Of a DNA stretch of 64,000 nt, positions 11,360 through 23,556 are shown piece by piece. The notes under the pieces were generated by a model. It was not told the origin of the DNA. It was given only the letters and a program-made list of their open reading frames with translations, and searched no databases. The stretch comes from Verrucomicrobiota bacterium (GTDB lineage: Bacteria > Verrucomicrobiota > Verrucomicrobiia > Limisphaerales > CANJXF01), in NCBI GenBank assembly GCA_038214755.1, contig JBBQRQ010000003.1:1-64000 (forward strand), in the 5' to 3' direction. Position 1 is the first letter of the stretch; each line of letters begins with the position of its first letter. A program made the position numbers and the translations under genes.

Positions 11360-14300
11360 ATGAGCGACGAAAAGAAAATCAGCGTTTCAAGAATGAGGTC
11401 AGGCAAACTGCCGCCGCCACAGGGTTTGTATGATCCGGCATTTGAGCATGACGCTTGCGGCGTCGGATTCATCGCGCACATCAAAGGAAAAAAATCCCAC
11501 CAGATCATCCGCGACGCGCTGCAAATTCTTTTGAACCTCGATCATCGCGGCGCGTGCGGCTGCGACCCGAACACCGGCGACGGCGCGGGAATTCTTCTGC
11601 AAATGCCGCACAGGTTTTTTGCGAAGATGTGCGCCGCTTCGAAAATCAATTTGCCCGCGCTCGGTGAGTACGGCGCAGGAATGGTTTTTCTCCCGCGCGA
11701 TGCCGACGAACGCGGGCGTTGCGAAAAAATTCTCGAAGAAATCGTCGTGGAAGAAGGCCAGACTCTTCTCGGCTGGAAAGATGTTCCCACCAATAATTCT
11801 TCCCTCGGCAAAACCGGAAAAGCCGCCGAGCCGCTGATGCGTTACGTGTTCATCGGGCGCAATCCGAAACTCAAAAATGATTTGGCGTTCGAGCGAAAAC
11901 TTTACGTCATTCGCAAACGCGCCGAAAATTCCATTCGTTACACGCCCGAACCGGAAGGCGACGCCTTTTACATGCCTAGCCTTTCCTGCAAAACTTTCAT
12001 TTACAAAGGTCTGCTCACGCCGTCGCAAGTAGATCAATATTTTCCCGACCTCTGTGATCCCGACATGGAGTCGGCTCTTGCTCTGGTCCATTCACGCTTT
12101 AGCACGAATACATTTCCAACGTGGGAGCGGGCGCATCCGTATCGCTACATTGCGCACAACGGCGAGATCAACACGCTGCGCGGCAACATCAATTGGATGC
12201 GCGCGCGAGAGGCGATGTTCGCGTCGGAGATTTTCGGCGACGACATCAAAAAAATTCTGCCAGTCATCAACACCGACGGCAGCGACTCCGCCATGTTCGA
12301 CAATTGTCTGGAAATGCTCGTGCTGACCGGCCGCTCATTGCCTCACGCGATGATGATGATGATTCCCGAGCCGTGGTCGAACCACGAATCGATGAGCGAT
12401 GAGAAAAAAGCGTTTTATGAATATCACAGTTGCCTGATGGAGCCGTGGGACGGTCCGGCTTCAATTGCTTTCACCGACGGCGTTCGCATCGGCGCGTCGC
12501 TGGATCGAAATGGACTTCGGCCATCGCGTTATTATGTGACGAAAGATGATTTGGTCATCATGGCTTCGGAAGTCGGCGTGCTCGATGTTCCGCCGGAACG
12601 CATTTTGCAAAAAGGTCGCTTGCAACCGGGCCGCATGTTTTTCATCGACACGGAGCAGGGGAGAATTGTCGCCGACGAAGAAATCAAAAACACGATTGCC
12701 GCCGAACATCCGTATCGCGAATGGCTCGACCAATACATGTTGGAACTCGCGCACGTTCCCGACGCGCCACATTTGCCCGCGCCGGATCACGACACCATTT
12801 TGCAACGGCAGCAGGCGTTTGGTTACACGTTTGAAGATCTGCGGATTCTCATGGCCCCAATGGCGCGCGATGGAAACGAGGCCGTTGGCTCGATGGGCAC
12901 CGACACGCCGCTCGCCGTTCTCTCGGACAAGCCGCAATCGCTTTTCAATTATTTCAAACAACTTTTCGCGCAGGTCACCAATCCGCCGATTGATTGTATT
13001 CGCGAAGAAATTGTCACCTCGACGGAAACGACCATCGGTTGCGAGCGAAATCTTTTGCAGCCCGAACCGGAGAGTTGTCATTTGATCGAACTCAAGTCAC
13101 CGATTTTGACGAACGCAGAATTCGCCAAGCTGAAACACCTCAATCATTCCGGTTTCAAATCGATTACGCTTCCGATTTTGTTCGACGTGAAAGATGGTGA
13201 AACCGCGCTCGCCAAAGCGATGGACGAACTTTGCGCGAAAGCGAGTGAAGCCATCACAAACGGGGTCAACATTTTGATTTTGTCCGACCAGGGCATCAAC
13301 AAAGACCGCGCGCCGATTCCCTCGCTGCTCGCGGTTTCCGGTTTGCATCATCATTTGATTCGGGAAGGCACGCGCACGCGGGTCGGGCTGGTGCTCGAAT
13401 CCGGCGAGCCGCGCGAAGTTCATCATTTTTCGCTGCTGGTCGGCTACGGCTGCGGCGCGATCAATCCGTATCTCGCGTTTGAAACTCTCGACGACATGAT
13501 TCGTCAAGGCTTGCTCAAGGGCATTGAACCCAAAGAAGCCTGCAAAAATTTCGCCAAAGCCGGAGTGAAAGGCGTCGTTAAAGTCATTTCCAAAATGGGC
13601 ATTTCGACGATTCAAAGTTATCGCGGCGCGCAAATTTTTGAAGCGATCGGCCTCAAGAAATCGGTCATCGAAAAATATTTCACATGGACTGCGTCGCGCG
13701 TCGAAGGCGTCGGTCTCGATGTTCTCGCCAAAGAAGTTCAGATTCGTCATCAACACGCTTTTCCCGACCGACAAGTCAACGGTCACACGCTCGATGTGGG
13801 CGGACAATATCAATGGCGCGCTGAGGGCGAAGCGCATCTGTTCAGCCCGCAAACGGTGCACAAATTGCAACTGGCTTGCCGCACGAATAATTACAAAGCG
13901 TTCAAGGAATATTCCGGGCTGGTCAACGATCAGACCAAAAAACATTTCACGTTTCGCGGGCTTTTGGATTTTAAACCGGCGACCGCGATTCCGATTGAAG
14001 AAGTGGAATCGGTCGAAACTATTTTGAAGCGATTCAAAAGCGGCGCGATGTCGTACGGTTCAATCAGCAAGGAAGCGCACGAAGGATTGGCCATCGCGAT
14101 GAATCGCATCGGCGGAAAAAGCAATACCGGGGAAGGCGGCGAAGACCCCGCGCGCTATGTTCTCGAACCGAACGGCGACTCGAAAAATTCCGCGATCAAA
14201 CAAGTCGCGTCCGGTCGTTTTGGCGTGACGAGTCTCTATCTCGTCAACGCGAAGGAACTGCAAATCAAAATGGCGCAAGGCGCGAAACCGGGCGAAGGCG

Positions 14301-15988
14301 GACAACTCCCCGGCACAAAAGTTTTTCCTGAGATTGCCAAGACGCGCCACTCCACTCCGGGCGTCGGGTTGATTTCTCCTCCGCCGCATCACGATATTTA
14401 TTCCATCGAAGATTTGGCGGAGCTGATTCACGACTTGAAAAACGCAAACCACCACGCGCGCATCAGCGTGAAACTCGTGGCGGAAGTCGGTGTCGGAACC
14501 ATAGCGGCCGGAGTAGCGAAAGCGCACGCGGATGTGGTTTTGATCAGCGGTTACGACGGCGGCACCGGCGCGTCGCCGCAAACTTCCATCAAACACGCGG
14601 GCATTCCGTGGGAACTCGGCCTTGCGGAAACGCACCAGACTTTAGTTTTAAATGGACTGCGCAGTCGCATCGCGGTGGAAACGGACGGACAATTGAAAAC
14701 AGGCCGGGATGTAATTGTTGCTGCGTTCCTGGGCGCCGAAGAATTCGGTTTCGCCACTGCCCCCCTCGTTGCGCTCGGCTGCATTATGATGCGGGTTTGT
14801 CATTTGAATACATGTCCCGTTGGCGTTGCGACCCAAGACCCGGAATTGCGAAAAAATTTCACGGGAGATCCCGCGCACGCCGTGAACTTCATGAAATTTA
14901 TCGCCGAAGAAGTTCGCGAACTGATGGCAGAACTCGGCTTCCGCACCATCAACGAAATGGTTGGCCGCGCGGACCGACTCGAACCGAGAAAGGCCATCGA
15001 GCATTGGAAAGCCAAAGGATTGGATTTCTCCAAAATTCTTTTCCAACCAGAAGCGAGCGAGGAAGTGGGGCGTTTTCAGACAGTCGCGCAGGATCATTCC
15101 ATCGACAAATCGCTCGACATGCTGCAGTTGCTCAAAATCTGCGAACCAGCGATTGAGCGGAAAGAAAAAGTCATCGCTGATCTGCCAATTAGAAATGTGA
15201 ACCGGGTCGTGGGCACAATTCTCGGCAGTGAAATTACGCGGCGGCATGGCGTCAACGGGCTGGCCGAAGATACGATTCGTTTGAACTTCACCGGTTCGGC
15301 GGGCCAAAGTTTTGGCGGATTTATTCCACGCGGGATCACGCTCACTCTCGCCGGCGACGCCAATGATTATCTCGGAAAAGGATTGTCCGGCGGAAAAATA
15401 ATTTTGTATCCGCCCAACGGCTCAACTTTTGTTGCGGACCAGAATATGATCACGGGCAACGTGGCGCTTTACGGCGCGACTGGCGGAGAAGTTTACATTT
15501 GCGGCATGGCGGGCGAACGATTTGCGGTGCGCAACTCCGGTGTGAACGCGGTTGTCGAATCCGTCGGCGATCACGGCTGCGAATACATGACCGGCGGGCG
15601 CGTGGTAATTCTCGGTTGCACCGGAAGAAATTTCGCGGCGGGCATGTCGGGCGGCATCGCATACGTTCTCGATGGAGACTGCGACTTCGCCCGCAACTGC
15701 AATCAACAAATGGTTCTGCTGGAAAAATTGACTGACGAAAAAGAAATCGCCGAAGTGCGTGGCATGATTCAACGCCACGCCGATTATACGAAAAGCGAAC
15801 GCGCAAAAAATATTTTGGAGAATTGGGAAACTTATTTACCGAAATTTGTGCGCGTCATCCCGAAAGATTACAAACGCATGTTGCAACTGGTGGCGGAGAT
15901 GGAGCAAAAAGGTTTGAGCGGCGAGGAGGCGTTGATGGCGGCGTTTGAAGCGAACGCGAAAGATGCGTCGCGCGTCGGTGGAGGATGA
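11360..15988 (+). CDS. gltB: Glutamate synthase large subunit
   Basis: HDACGVG Ntn cysteine, [25 protein letters not shown] and the [15 protein letters not shown] 3Fe-4S motif; 1542 aa. Confidence 0.99.
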   Translation: MSDEKKISVSRMRSGKLPPPQGLYDPAFEHDACGVGFIAHIKGKKSHQIIRDALQILLNLDHRGACGCDPNTGDGAGILLQMPHRFFAKMCAASKINLPALGEYGAGMVFLPRDADERGRCEKILEEIVVEEGQTLLGWKDVPTNNSSLGKTGKAAEPLMRYVFIGRNPKLKNDLAFERKLYVIRKRAENSIRYTPEPEGDAFYMPSLSCKTFIYKGLLTPSQVDQYFPDLCDPDMESALALVHSRFSTNTFPTWERAHPYRYIAHNGEINTLRGNINWMRAREAMFASEIFGDDIKKILPVINTDGSDSAMFDNCLEMLVLTGRSLPHAMMMMIPEPWSNHESMSDEKKAFYEYHSCLMEPWDGPASIAFTDGVRIGASLDRNGLRPSRYYVTKDDLVIMASEVGVLDVPPERILQKGRLQPGRMFFIDTEQGRIVADEEIKNTIAAEHPYREWLDQYMLELAHVPDAPHLPAPDHDTILQRQQAFGYTFEDLRILMAPMARDGNEAVGSMGTDTPLAVLSDKPQSLFNYFKQLFAQVTNPPIDCIREEIVTSTETTIGCERNLLQPEPESCHLIELKSPILTNAEFAKLKHLNHSGFKSITLPILFDVKDGETALAKAMDELCAKASEAITNGVNILILSDQGINKDRAPIPSLLAVSGLHHHLIREGTRTRVGLVLESGEPREVHHFSLLVGYGCGAINPYLAFETLDDMIRQGLLKGIEPKEACKNFAKAGVKGVVKVISKMGISTIQSYRGAQIFEAIGLKKSVIEKYFTWTASRVEGVGLDVLAKEVQIRHQHAFPDRQVNGHTLDVGGQYQWRAEGEAHLFSPQTVHKLQLACRTNNYKAFKEYSGLVNDQTKKHFTFRGLLDFKPATAIPIEEVESVETILKRFKSGAMSYGSISKEAHEGLAIAMNRIGGKSNTGEGGEDPARYVLEPNGDSKNSAIKQVASGRFGVTSLYLVNAKELQIKMAQGAKPGEGGQLPGTKVFPEIAKTRHSTPGVGLISPPPHHDIYSIEDLAELIHDLKNANHHARISVKLVAEVGVGTIAAGVAKAHADVVLISGYDGGTGASPQTSIKHAGIPWELGLAETHQTLVLNGLRSRIAVETDGQLKTGRDVIVAAFLGAEEFGFATAPLVALGCIMMRVCHLNTCPVGVATQDPELRKNFTGDPAHAVNFMKFIAEEVRELMAELGFRTINEMVGRADRLEPRKAIEHWKAKGLDFSKILFQPEASEEVGRFQTVAQDHSIDKSLDMLQLLKICEPAIERKEKVIADLPIRNVNRVVGTILGSEITRRHGVNGLAEDTIRLNFTGSAGQSFGGFIPRGITLTLAGDANDYLGKGLSGGKIILYPPNGSTFVADQNMITGNVALYGATGGEVYICGMAGERFAVRNSGVNAVVESVGDHGCEYMTGGRVVILGCTGRNFAAGMSGGIAYVLDGDCDFARNCNQQMVLLEKLTDEKEIAEVRGMIQRHADYTKSERAKNILENWETYLPKFVRVIPKDYKRMLQLVAEMEQKGLSGEEALMAAFEANAKDASRVGGG

Positions 15989-16021
15989 TTTATTGAGTCG
16001 AAATTCGAGACCCTCGAGACT

Positions 16022-16276
16022 CTAAAAGTTTTCGGCTTTGGTTTTTTCCGTATTTGCTGGACGTAATAATTTATTAAGAGAGACATCCAAGACTTCTGCC
16101 ATTTTAAAGAAAATTAAACGTCCGGGAAGTTTTCCTGTTCTTTCCCAATAGGCCAGCGTGGTCTGAGGCACGCCTATCCGCGCTGCCAATTGTTCCTGGG
16201 TCAGCTTTTGTTCCTTTCGGAGATAGTGCAACCATGCTCCATAAGAGTGGCGGCGTGTCTTTGGTTTTCGGCCCAT
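16022..16276 (-). CDS. Xre-family HTH transcriptional regulator
   Basis: LRKEQKLTQEQLAARIGVPQTTLAYWERTG matches the HTH_3 pattern. Confidence 0.9.
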   Translation of the reverse strand: MGRKPKTRRHSYGAWLHYLRKEQKLTQEQLAARIGVPQTTLAYWERTGKLPGRLIFFKMAEVLDVSLNKLLRPANTEKTKAENF

Positions 16277-16316
16277 GCGAAGCGAAATGCTAGGCGCGGT
16301 CCAAAAAAAGATTGTG

Positions 16317-16338
16317 TTTTAACAATGTATTGTTAAAA
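16317..16338. promoter_or_regulatory. Perfect palindrome, candidate operator for the Xre regulator
   Basis: TTTTAACAAT-GT-ATTGTTAAAA in the divergent intergenic region. Confidence 0.55.
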
Positions 16339-16451
16339 ACTCTGGGTGATTTAAGTCCTTCGTGAATCTTGACCCGAAAAATTGGGACGTTGTGACTTAA
16401 GCTTTGAGCAACCTAAAAAACCCCGCTGAAATCAGCTAACACAATTGACGA

Positions 16452-17219
16452 ATGAAAAAACTAAATCTTCTAACCCTCTTTTTTTCCCTGACCAGCCTGA
16501 GCGTTTTCATCTCTCAGGTTCACGCGCAACAACTGACCAAGGTTTCCTCCCCACCGTTTTCCGGAACATTTTTTTCTGCGAAATTCCCGGACCAACCGCC
16601 GGTACCATTCAATTTTGGCTTGGAACTTGGACTGGAAATTTTTTCGTTTGGGAATGTTTTTATCGTAGATGATAGACAGGCTTACAGCGCGCAAAAGTTC
16701 ACGTCTCCCTTTGCCATGAATGCGTCAGAGGAAAGCGGTCCGCCGGCATCGGGAAAAGGTGGTGGCGAAGAGACGCCCGATAATTTCGATCCGGCTTACG
16801 ACTATTCGAGTTCAGATCTCTGGCTAGAAATCTTTAACGGCACGAATACTGCGCCGATAACTTTGCATAACACGACTCAGGGGGTGCGCTACCAGCTCTT
16901 GAGCCGACCGGAGGTGGCCCAGCCTCCGTGGCTCGTTGAACAAACTCTCTTTGGCGCGGTCGGAACCAATACCCTTACGACAGTCCCTTTCAACGAGAGG
17001 CCCATCCTGTTTTTCTGGGCGGGCGTGGACACCGATGGCGACGGCTTGATTGATTATCTGGAGACGCTCTACGGTACCGATTCACAAATCACCGACTCGG
17101 ATTCCGATGGCGTCAATGATTACATCGAGGTAGTCCAGGGACGCAACCCGACCAATGGTGCGCCTGTGTCGGATACAACCGGACTGGTCAACTTGCAAGT
17201 TTACACCCCGCTCCGCTGA
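16452..17219 (+). CDS. Secreted protein with thrombospondin type-3-like Ca-binding repeats
   Basis: Signal peptide MKKLNLL..VHA; DTDGDGL and DSDSDGVND..E...GRNP motifs. Confidence 0.8.
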   Translation: MKKLNLLTLFFSLTSLSVFISQVHAQQLTKVSSPPFSGTFFSAKFPDQPPVPFNFGLELGLEIFSFGNVFIVDDRQAYSAQKFTSPFAMNASEESGPPASGKGGGEETPDNFDPAYDYSSSDLWLEIFNGTNTAPITLHNTTQGVRYQLLSRPEVAQPPWLVEQTLFGAVGTNTLTTVPFNERPILFFWAGVDTDGDGLIDYLETLYGTDSQITDSDSDGVNDYIEVVQGRNPTNGAPVSDTTGLVNLQVYTPLR

Positions 17220-17256
17220 TTCCGCCTCGCCGCCACACTCTACGCAAATACATCCC

Positions 17257-20200
17257 ATGAAAACACAAACCTTACTTTGGAAACTTCCTCTCGCCCTTCT
17301 GCTCGCTGGCAATCTGCAAGCCGCTACTGTCAGCTTCCAACTCTTGGGATCGGTGCAAGCCTTGGACCCGTTTCCGAATCCTTCTGCCTATAAGGTCGAT
17401 GCCTATCTTGACGAGGATGGAGGGAGCCAACTCGCACACCTGAACATCGCCAATACGGAAGAGTATTTTGACACGGTGGCTTGTCATGACACTATGCATC
17501 CAAGCTATTGTGGTTGCCATTGCGGCTGCGATATTCGTCCAACGGTTAGCTTGTCCGTCAACATCAGTTGCGGCAAGACTTACACCCTTACCTTGAACGG
17601 AACGGCCTGTGCCATCGGAGTCACCGCCCGTTTCAGTACAGCACCCGCTGGTTATATTTATGAGTTCCGGGATAACAGCAACAATACTCTCTCTGACAAC
17701 AAGACTTCAGTTAAGATCACCAGTAGCCAAACCAAGACCTGGAAAGTGTCTCTTAAACCAAAACGAATTTCGTTCACGGTGGAATCGCTTTCTCCTGATG
17801 GCCGCAGCCAGACCCAATCCAAACTGAGCTTCCTTAACGGCACTGGCGGCTACTTCACCGGCAATCCGGCTTGGTCCATCGTCGGCGACAATCTCGGTTG
17901 CACGATTGATTCGAGCAGCGGATGGATTCGCGCCGGCCTTGAGACAGGCGAAATCATCGTGCGCGCGACGGACTCGACCACCGGCCGTATTGTCAGTGGC
18001 GCTCTGCGACTCGGCTGTCAATCCTGCGATTTATCGTGCGGTGTCGGTCAAGGGACGATTGGAAATTTGCGTAACGCGCTCACTGTCGGCTTGGGCCAGT
18101 TTCCATGCGATAACTCGTTCATGGGGTCTATTCGACTACCACTCACCAGTCCAGCCGCGTCGTTGAGCACGCCGACTGGTCTGGCCTATGACGCGACGAA
18201 CAATGATAACACCTTGCCGGAAGTGCTGCGCGATGGAACGGGTGCGCTGCGTCAAGTGCTCGCGGCCCAATGTCTGGCCGATGTCGTCACCACAGTCGCG
18301 AACTCAGAGTATGAAATCCGTTTCTATTGGCCGGAGAACGCTGGCTCTAAGGTGAGCGGCTTCTATCAACCCATCAATTCCCCGTTCAAGACTTGGCGCG
18401 TGACCAGTCTGGCGAGCGGAAACACCCAGTTTCAAATCGTGGAGGATCCGGCGGGAGCCAACACCACTAATACCTTTACTTGGAATGCGGATGACAACGG
18501 TTGGACGCTCAATCACAGCAACCTGAGTCAGGAGCGAAAGATAGTTCGAGACAATCTCCCGGCGGTGGCCCCGCGTGAAGTATCGCGCCGCACGGAGACG
18601 AACGAAGTCAGTGCGCCCGGAGACTCCGCCATCGCTGCAAGAGCAACGAAGACCTATGCTACTCTCAGCCTCAACAGCGGCTCTTTGCAACGCACCAACG
18701 TGTTGGTAGAAGAACGGCTTGATGGCCGCAAGGCAGACGGTTCGGCAGCGAATCCCGACCAGGTGACTTCTTATTTCTACGCGGCGACCGCGACGGCGGA
18801 CGGACATGAAAAACTACAACGAGTCACCCGCTCCGATGGATCATGGGAACATTACGAGTATGATGCCAGTAACCGAATAGCGACGGCTTATAGCCCGTGG
18901 CTCGATTCTACACCACCCTCAGACATTGACGTAGTGCCTACGTCAGTACCGCATCGTAAGATTGTTTACGCCTACTCACCGCTTACCAGCTCGGGCGATC
19001 CTGGAACCAATGACTTCGTTACGCCACGGCAAATTGAAACTTACGTAAACGACTCGGCAACGGTCCAATTGGTGTCCCGCTCTTTCGTGACACTTACCAC
19101 CGACACCAACCGCTACCCCGCCGCTGACGTGCGCAAGGACATTGGCGCGCGCAACTCTTCCGTTCAGTGGAGTGACACCAATAACCTGGTGACCATCACC
19201 CGCACGTTGGCCAGCGGCTCATTCAAGGGAGCCGTTCAATCCATCGACCGGCCAGATGGCACTCGCACAGTCTATTCCTATACGGAAACTACTCAAGATG
19301 TGCGCGACGGCGCGGCGGGAGTCGCGCAGGACTCGGTTACCGATGGTCGGCGAACAACTACCACTAAGACTAGTCGAGGCTACATTCAAACCAATGCCGT
19401 GGTTGACATCCTGACGAACAAGAAACTCGTCTCAGATGTTTGGTCCGTGCCCAGCACAAACGATCCGCAAGGACGGTTCACACTACTCACTCATTTGGAT
19501 GGCACGACAGAAACCTACACCTATGACTGCTGTAACCTCACTCAGAGCACGGACCGCGATGGCGCTACCACCGTGTTCACACCCGACGCCTTGAAGCGCA
19601 TCTGGAAGACGACGGTCTATTACTCGGCGAGTTTAGTAAATGGTATCGAAACCCGCAACACGTTGGATGCCCAAGGTAATGTGACTCGCACCACGCGCGT
19701 CGGCACCGATAGCTCGATGATTGATACCTTGCCATTGCGCGAGTACGACCGGGCGGGACGGCCTGTCCGCGAACAAAATGCCTTGAGTGGATACACAACT
19801 ATCGTTGAAGGGACTAATGCCAGCGGCGGGCGCAAGGTGACTACCACTTACCCCGACGGCGGGTCTGCTATTGAGGAACATTACCATGACGGACGGCTGG
19901 CGAAGATTTACGGAACCGCCGTGAAACCGGCACAGTACGATTACCTGCTTAACGCCAGCGGCGAACTTGTCCTAAAGGAAACCAAGCTCGACACCGCCTA
20001 TGCTCCTACTTCGGAATGGGTCAAAACCTACACCGATTTCTTAGGCCAGGATTACAAGACCGTTTTTGCAGATGCGACGACCGGAACCGAAACCGATAAT
20101 CCCTATAGCCAGCGATTTTTTAAGGACAACGGTCAGCTCTGGAAAGAGCGCGATCCTGATGGCGTCCTGACTGTTTCAATCTACAACGTGCGCGGAGAAC

Positions 20201-23200
20201 CGGAATACACGATGGTGGGACAAAAGACCGAGCCGACCACGCCCCCCACCGCGCCAGATACCAGCGGCGAGCATCGTCTGACGCGCGTGGAAAGGTCGGT
20301 TAGCACCTACACGGATGGCTCCATTTACGACACCCTGCGAACGCGCATCACCGAGTGGACTAATCTCAACTCCGCGAACACCATTGTTTCTTCGGAAACA
20401 CACACCTCGCTTGACGGCTTGCGCGAATGGAGTGTGGCCTATCCAAACGACACCTTCAAACAGGTCGTAAAAACCGTGACCCAATACGGCAGCGCTGGCG
20501 CACGAACCGCAACCACTACCTATCCCGACAACTCCTACCAGATCAGCCTCTTTTCTTATGGCCGTTCTTCTTCCGCGATCCGTTACGATTCTCTCAACAA
20601 TCAACTCTCATCTCTCAACTATTCCTACGACACGCATGGGCGGCTCTGGAAATCCATCGACGCCCGCAATGGCACGACCACTTTTGCCTACAACAATGCC
20701 GATCAAGCGAGTTCAGTCACCAGTCCGCCTTCGGCGATTGGCCAAGCCGCGCAGGTGCGCCTCATCGGTTACGATTCGACGCGCCGTCCTAATCAGGTAA
20801 CAGAACCTGACGGCGGCATCATTTACACTCGCTACTACAGTAATGGACTGGCGAAGCTAACCTGGGGCGCGCGCACAGTTCCGAGCGGTTATGAGTATGA
20901 TGCCCAGCAACGCACGACCAAGCTCTACACCTGGCAATCCTTCACCGCGCCTGATCCGGCCTATACTGTCCCGCCTTTCCCCAGCGGCTCAGTTACTACA
21001 AGCTGGCATTACGACTCGTATCGCGGCTGGCTCATAGACAAACGTTACCCCGACAATACCGGCCCAGACTACACTTATACTCTAAGTGGCCGACCCAAGA
21101 CGCGAAGTTGGTGGAGAGGTATTCCCGGAAATCCGAGCACGCGCGTGACAAGCACGAACACCTACGACTTTGATCCAGCGGGCGATAATTCAAACCGCAA
21201 AGCCGGTTATCTCGCCCGCATCGATTACAACGATGGGACGGCATCCCTTGTTTTCGATTATGACCGGCGCGGTCGTGGCCGCACCATTACGCAGGGAACT
21301 GGCGGCTCGACAATCACGACTACTTTGGCTTGGCATCCGGCTGGACCACTCGATAGTGAAAGCTACGCCGGCAGCTTTCTGGATACGCTTTCGGTAGTAG
21401 CTGACAACATTGATCCCGCCAATCTCTTGCGAAGGGAAAGCTTGGAAACGCGAAAAGCTGGCGCAGCCATCGGCGGCACTGTGACTTACGGCTATGATAA
21501 CGCCTCGCGCTTGCAAAGCCTTACCAACGGCGCGTTCTCCGCCAATTATGCCTTCGCCGCTAATTCCAGCCTCATAGCCACCAATACCTTTAAGCAAAGC
21601 GGCACGACACGCCTGACTACCAGCCGCCAGTTCGATTTCCTGAACCGACTCCAATCCGTTTCGCATGGTTCATTGCCTATCGGCTATTCCTACGCGTACA
21701 ACCAAGCTAACCAACGCATAAGCCGAACGGAGGCAGACTCCTCCTCCTGGCAATACCTTTATGATTCGCTAGGCCAAGTCAACTCTGCCAAACGAAACTG
21801 GAGCGATGGAAAACCCGTAACTGGTCAGCAGTTTGAATACGCCTTCGATTGGATCGGCAACCGACTCTCCACCGCTGCGGGCGGCGATGAAAGTGGGGCA
21901 AGCCTTCGCCCTGCCTTTTATACTCCGAACTCTCTCAACCAATACCCCCAGCGCACGGTGCCAACCTGGGTCGGCATCCTGGGCGAAGCTAGCAGCAACG
22001 CCACCGTTACCATTAATCGGCATCGCGAAGCCAGCAGCAACGTCACGGTCACGGTTGACGTCCAGCCCACCAAGCGCCACGGCGATTACTTTTGGACCGA
22101 ACTATGGCTTAACAACAGCACCGGGGCCGTCTATCAAACCATCACCAATGTCGCAGCGTTGCGGCGCACAAACCTACCCGACGTTGTTTCCTCCACGATC
22201 GGTTCTCTCTTCCAACCCAAGACGCCCGAACTTTTCTTGCACGATGCAGACGGCAACCTAACCAACGATGGGCGGTGGACTCTGACATGGGACGCGGAGA
22301 ATCGCGTGACCGCCTTCACCGCCTTTGCCAGCGCGCCTTCGGCTTCTAAAAAGAAAGTCGATTGCGCTTACGATTACGGCTGGCGCAGAAATCAAAAGAT
22401 TGTCTCAACTTGGAATGGCTCCGCCTACGTCGCGCAAAGCACGAACCGTTTCCTCTATGATGGATGGAACTTGATGGCAGTGCTCAATGAGACGAACGGC
22501 TTGGTTTATTCCTTCGCATGGGGAACAGATGTAAGCGGCACACAGCAAGGCGCGGGCGGAGTCGGCGGTTTGATCTCCATGACCGTGCAGAGCGGCACTC
22601 TCGCAGGAACCTATTTCTACTGCTTTGATGACAACGGCAACGTCGTCGCGCTGGTCAACGGCGCTGACGGCACGATTGCCGCGCGCTACGAATACACGCC
22701 CTTCGGCGAACTGCTCCGCGCCACTGGCCCCATGGCGTTCATCAATCCATTCCGTTTCAGCACCAAATACCAGGATGATGAAACAGGTTTCCTTTATTAC
22801 GGCTACCGCTATTACAATCCGAGCACAGGGCGTTGGCTAAGCCGCGATCCGATTGGGGAAGAGGGCGGAATAAACGTCTATGCCTTTGTCGTTAACGATC
22901 CACTCAGCTTTGTTGACCCACTTGGGGACGACTTCATCGCTGTATCCGATCGCCCAGTGAAAGGAACACTGGGACTTTTCTATCACTACTCGGTTCAATA
23001 TTGGATTTCATGCGACGACATCGAACTGAACACTGAATACGATATTGAGAAGTGGTTGAAAACTCACGTCGCGAAAAAGAAGGCGGGCACCGAACTTCTC
23101 GCGGATGAGGGATGGAAGGTTTGGCGCGTAAATGGCGGCACCAAATGGAAACTGGAGGACACGAAAGTCTCCCTCATCTACTACAGGGACAGCGGCACCA

Positions 23201-23556
23201 AGTTCGCAGCGATTTACAAGGGCACGCCTCAACAGGTGAAGCAACAATGGGCCAAAGTCATCCAACAGGCCAACGGCTACAAATACGCAGAACAACCCGG
23301 CTTCAACGGTGCCTTCAAGAACTGGCCAAACTCCAAGTATGACGTTGGCGATGACGTCAACAACAGCAACACCTACATTCGAGACATTGTCACGAAGTCC
23401 GGCATGACAATGAAGGAGCTTGGAGGCTCACATCCCGGTAGAAACTCTCCGCAGCCGATACCGGACGATTACGGAGGACAAAAACCGTTCAAGGGACCGA
23501 CGCCTGCGCAACCACCCACACCCACGCCGGGCCGTAACAGCCAACCCAACCCATGA
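17257..23556 (+). CDS. Rhs/YD-repeat polymorphic toxin with Sec signal peptide
   Basis: ATG at 17257 with signal peptide; YD repeats; core RFSTKYQDDETG..YYGYRYY...GRWLSRDPIGE; DPLG junction followed by a C-terminal domain of about 210 aa. Confidence 0.95.
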   Translation: MKTQTLLWKLPLALLLAGNLQAATVSFQLLGSVQALDPFPNPSAYKVDAYLDEDGGSQLAHLNIANTEEYFDTVACHDTMHPSYCGCHCGCDIRPTVSLSVNISCGKTYTLTLNGTACAIGVTARFSTAPAGYIYEFRDNSNNTLSDNKTSVKITSSQTKTWKVSLKPKRISFTVESLSPDGRSQTQSKLSFLNGTGGYFTGNPAWSIVGDNLGCTIDSSSGWIRAGLETGEIIVRATDSTTGRIVSGALRLGCQSCDLSCGVGQGTIGNLRNALTVGLGQFPCDNSFMGSIRLPLTSPAASLSTPTGLAYDATNNDNTLPEVLRDGTGALRQVLAAQCLADVVTTVANSEYEIRFYWPENAGSKVSGFYQPINSPFKTWRVTSLASGNTQFQIVEDPAGANTTNTFTWNADDNGWTLNHSNLSQERKIVRDNLPAVAPREVSRRTETNEVSAPGDSAIAARATKTYATLSLNSGSLQRTNVLVEERLDGRKADGSAANPDQVTSYFYAATATADGHEKLQRVTRSDGSWEHYEYDASNRIATAYSPWLDSTPPSDIDVVPTSVPHRKIVYAYSPLTSSGDPGTNDFVTPRQIETYVNDSATVQLVSRSFVTLTTDTNRYPAADVRKDIGARNSSVQWSDTNNLVTITRTLASGSFKGAVQSIDRPDGTRTVYSYTETTQDVRDGAAGVAQDSVTDGRRTTTTKTSRGYIQTNAVVDILTNKKLVSDVWSVPSTNDPQGRFTLLTHLDGTTETYTYDCCNLTQSTDRDGATTVFTPDALKRIWKTTVYYSASLVNGIETRNTLDAQGNVTRTTRVGTDSSMIDTLPLREYDRAGRPVREQNALSGYTTIVEGTNASGGRKVTTTYPDGGSAIEEHYHDGRLAKIYGTAVKPAQYDYLLNASGELVLKETKLDTAYAPTSEWVKTYTDFLGQDYKTVFADATTGTETDNPYSQRFFKDNGQLWKERDPDGVLTVSIYNVRGEPEYTMVGQKTEPTTPPTAPDTSGEHRLTRVERSVSTYTDGSIYDTLRTRITEWTNLNSANTIVSSETHTSLDGLREWSVAYPNDTFKQVVKTVTQYGSAGARTATTTYPDNSYQISLFSYGRSSSAIRYDSLNNQLSSLNYSYDTHGRLWKSIDARNGTTTFAYNNADQASSVTSPPSAIGQAAQVRLIGYDSTRRPNQVTEPDGGIIYTRYYSNGLAKLTWGARTVPSGYEYDAQQRTTKLYTWQSFTAPDPAYTVPPFPSGSVTTSWHYDSYRGWLIDKRYPDNTGPDYTYTLSGRPKTRSWWRGIPGNPSTRVTSTNTYDFDPAGDNSNRKAGYLARIDYNDGTASLVFDYDRRGRGRTITQGTGGSTITTTLAWHPAGPLDSESYAGSFLDTLSVVADNIDPANLLRRESLETRKAGAAIGGTVTYGYDNASRLQSLTNGAFSANYAFAANSSLIATNTFKQSGTTRLTTSRQFDFLNRLQSVSHGSLPIGYSYAYNQANQRISRTEADSSSWQYLYDSLGQVNSAKRNWSDGKPVTGQQFEYAFDWIGNRLSTAAGGDESGASLRPAFYTPNSLNQYPQRTVPTWVGILGEASSNATVTINRHREASSNVTVTVDVQPTKRHGDYFWTELWLNNSTGAVYQTITNVAALRRTNLPDVVSSTIGSLFQPKTPELFLHDADGNLTNDGRWTLTWDAENRVTAFTAFASAPSASKKKVDCAYDYGWRRNQKIVSTWNGSAYVAQSTNRFLYDGWNLMAVLNETNGLVYSFAWGTDVSGTQQGAGGVGGLISMTVQSGTLAGTYFYCFDDNGNVVALVNGADGTIAARYEYTPFGELLRATGPMAFINPFRFSTKYQDDETGFLYYGYRYYNPSTGRWLSRDPIGEEGGINVYAFVVNDPLSFVDPLGDDFIAVSDRPVKGTLGLFYHYSVQYWISCDDIELNTEYDIEKWLKTHVAKKKAGTELLADEGWKVWRVNGGTKWKLEDTKVSLIYYRDSGTKFAAIYKGTPQQVKQQWAKVIQQANGYKYAEQPGFNGAFKNWPNSKYDVGDDVNNSNTYIRDIVTKSGMTMKELGGSHPGRNSPQPIPDDYGGQKPFKGPTPAQPPTPTPGRNSQPNP

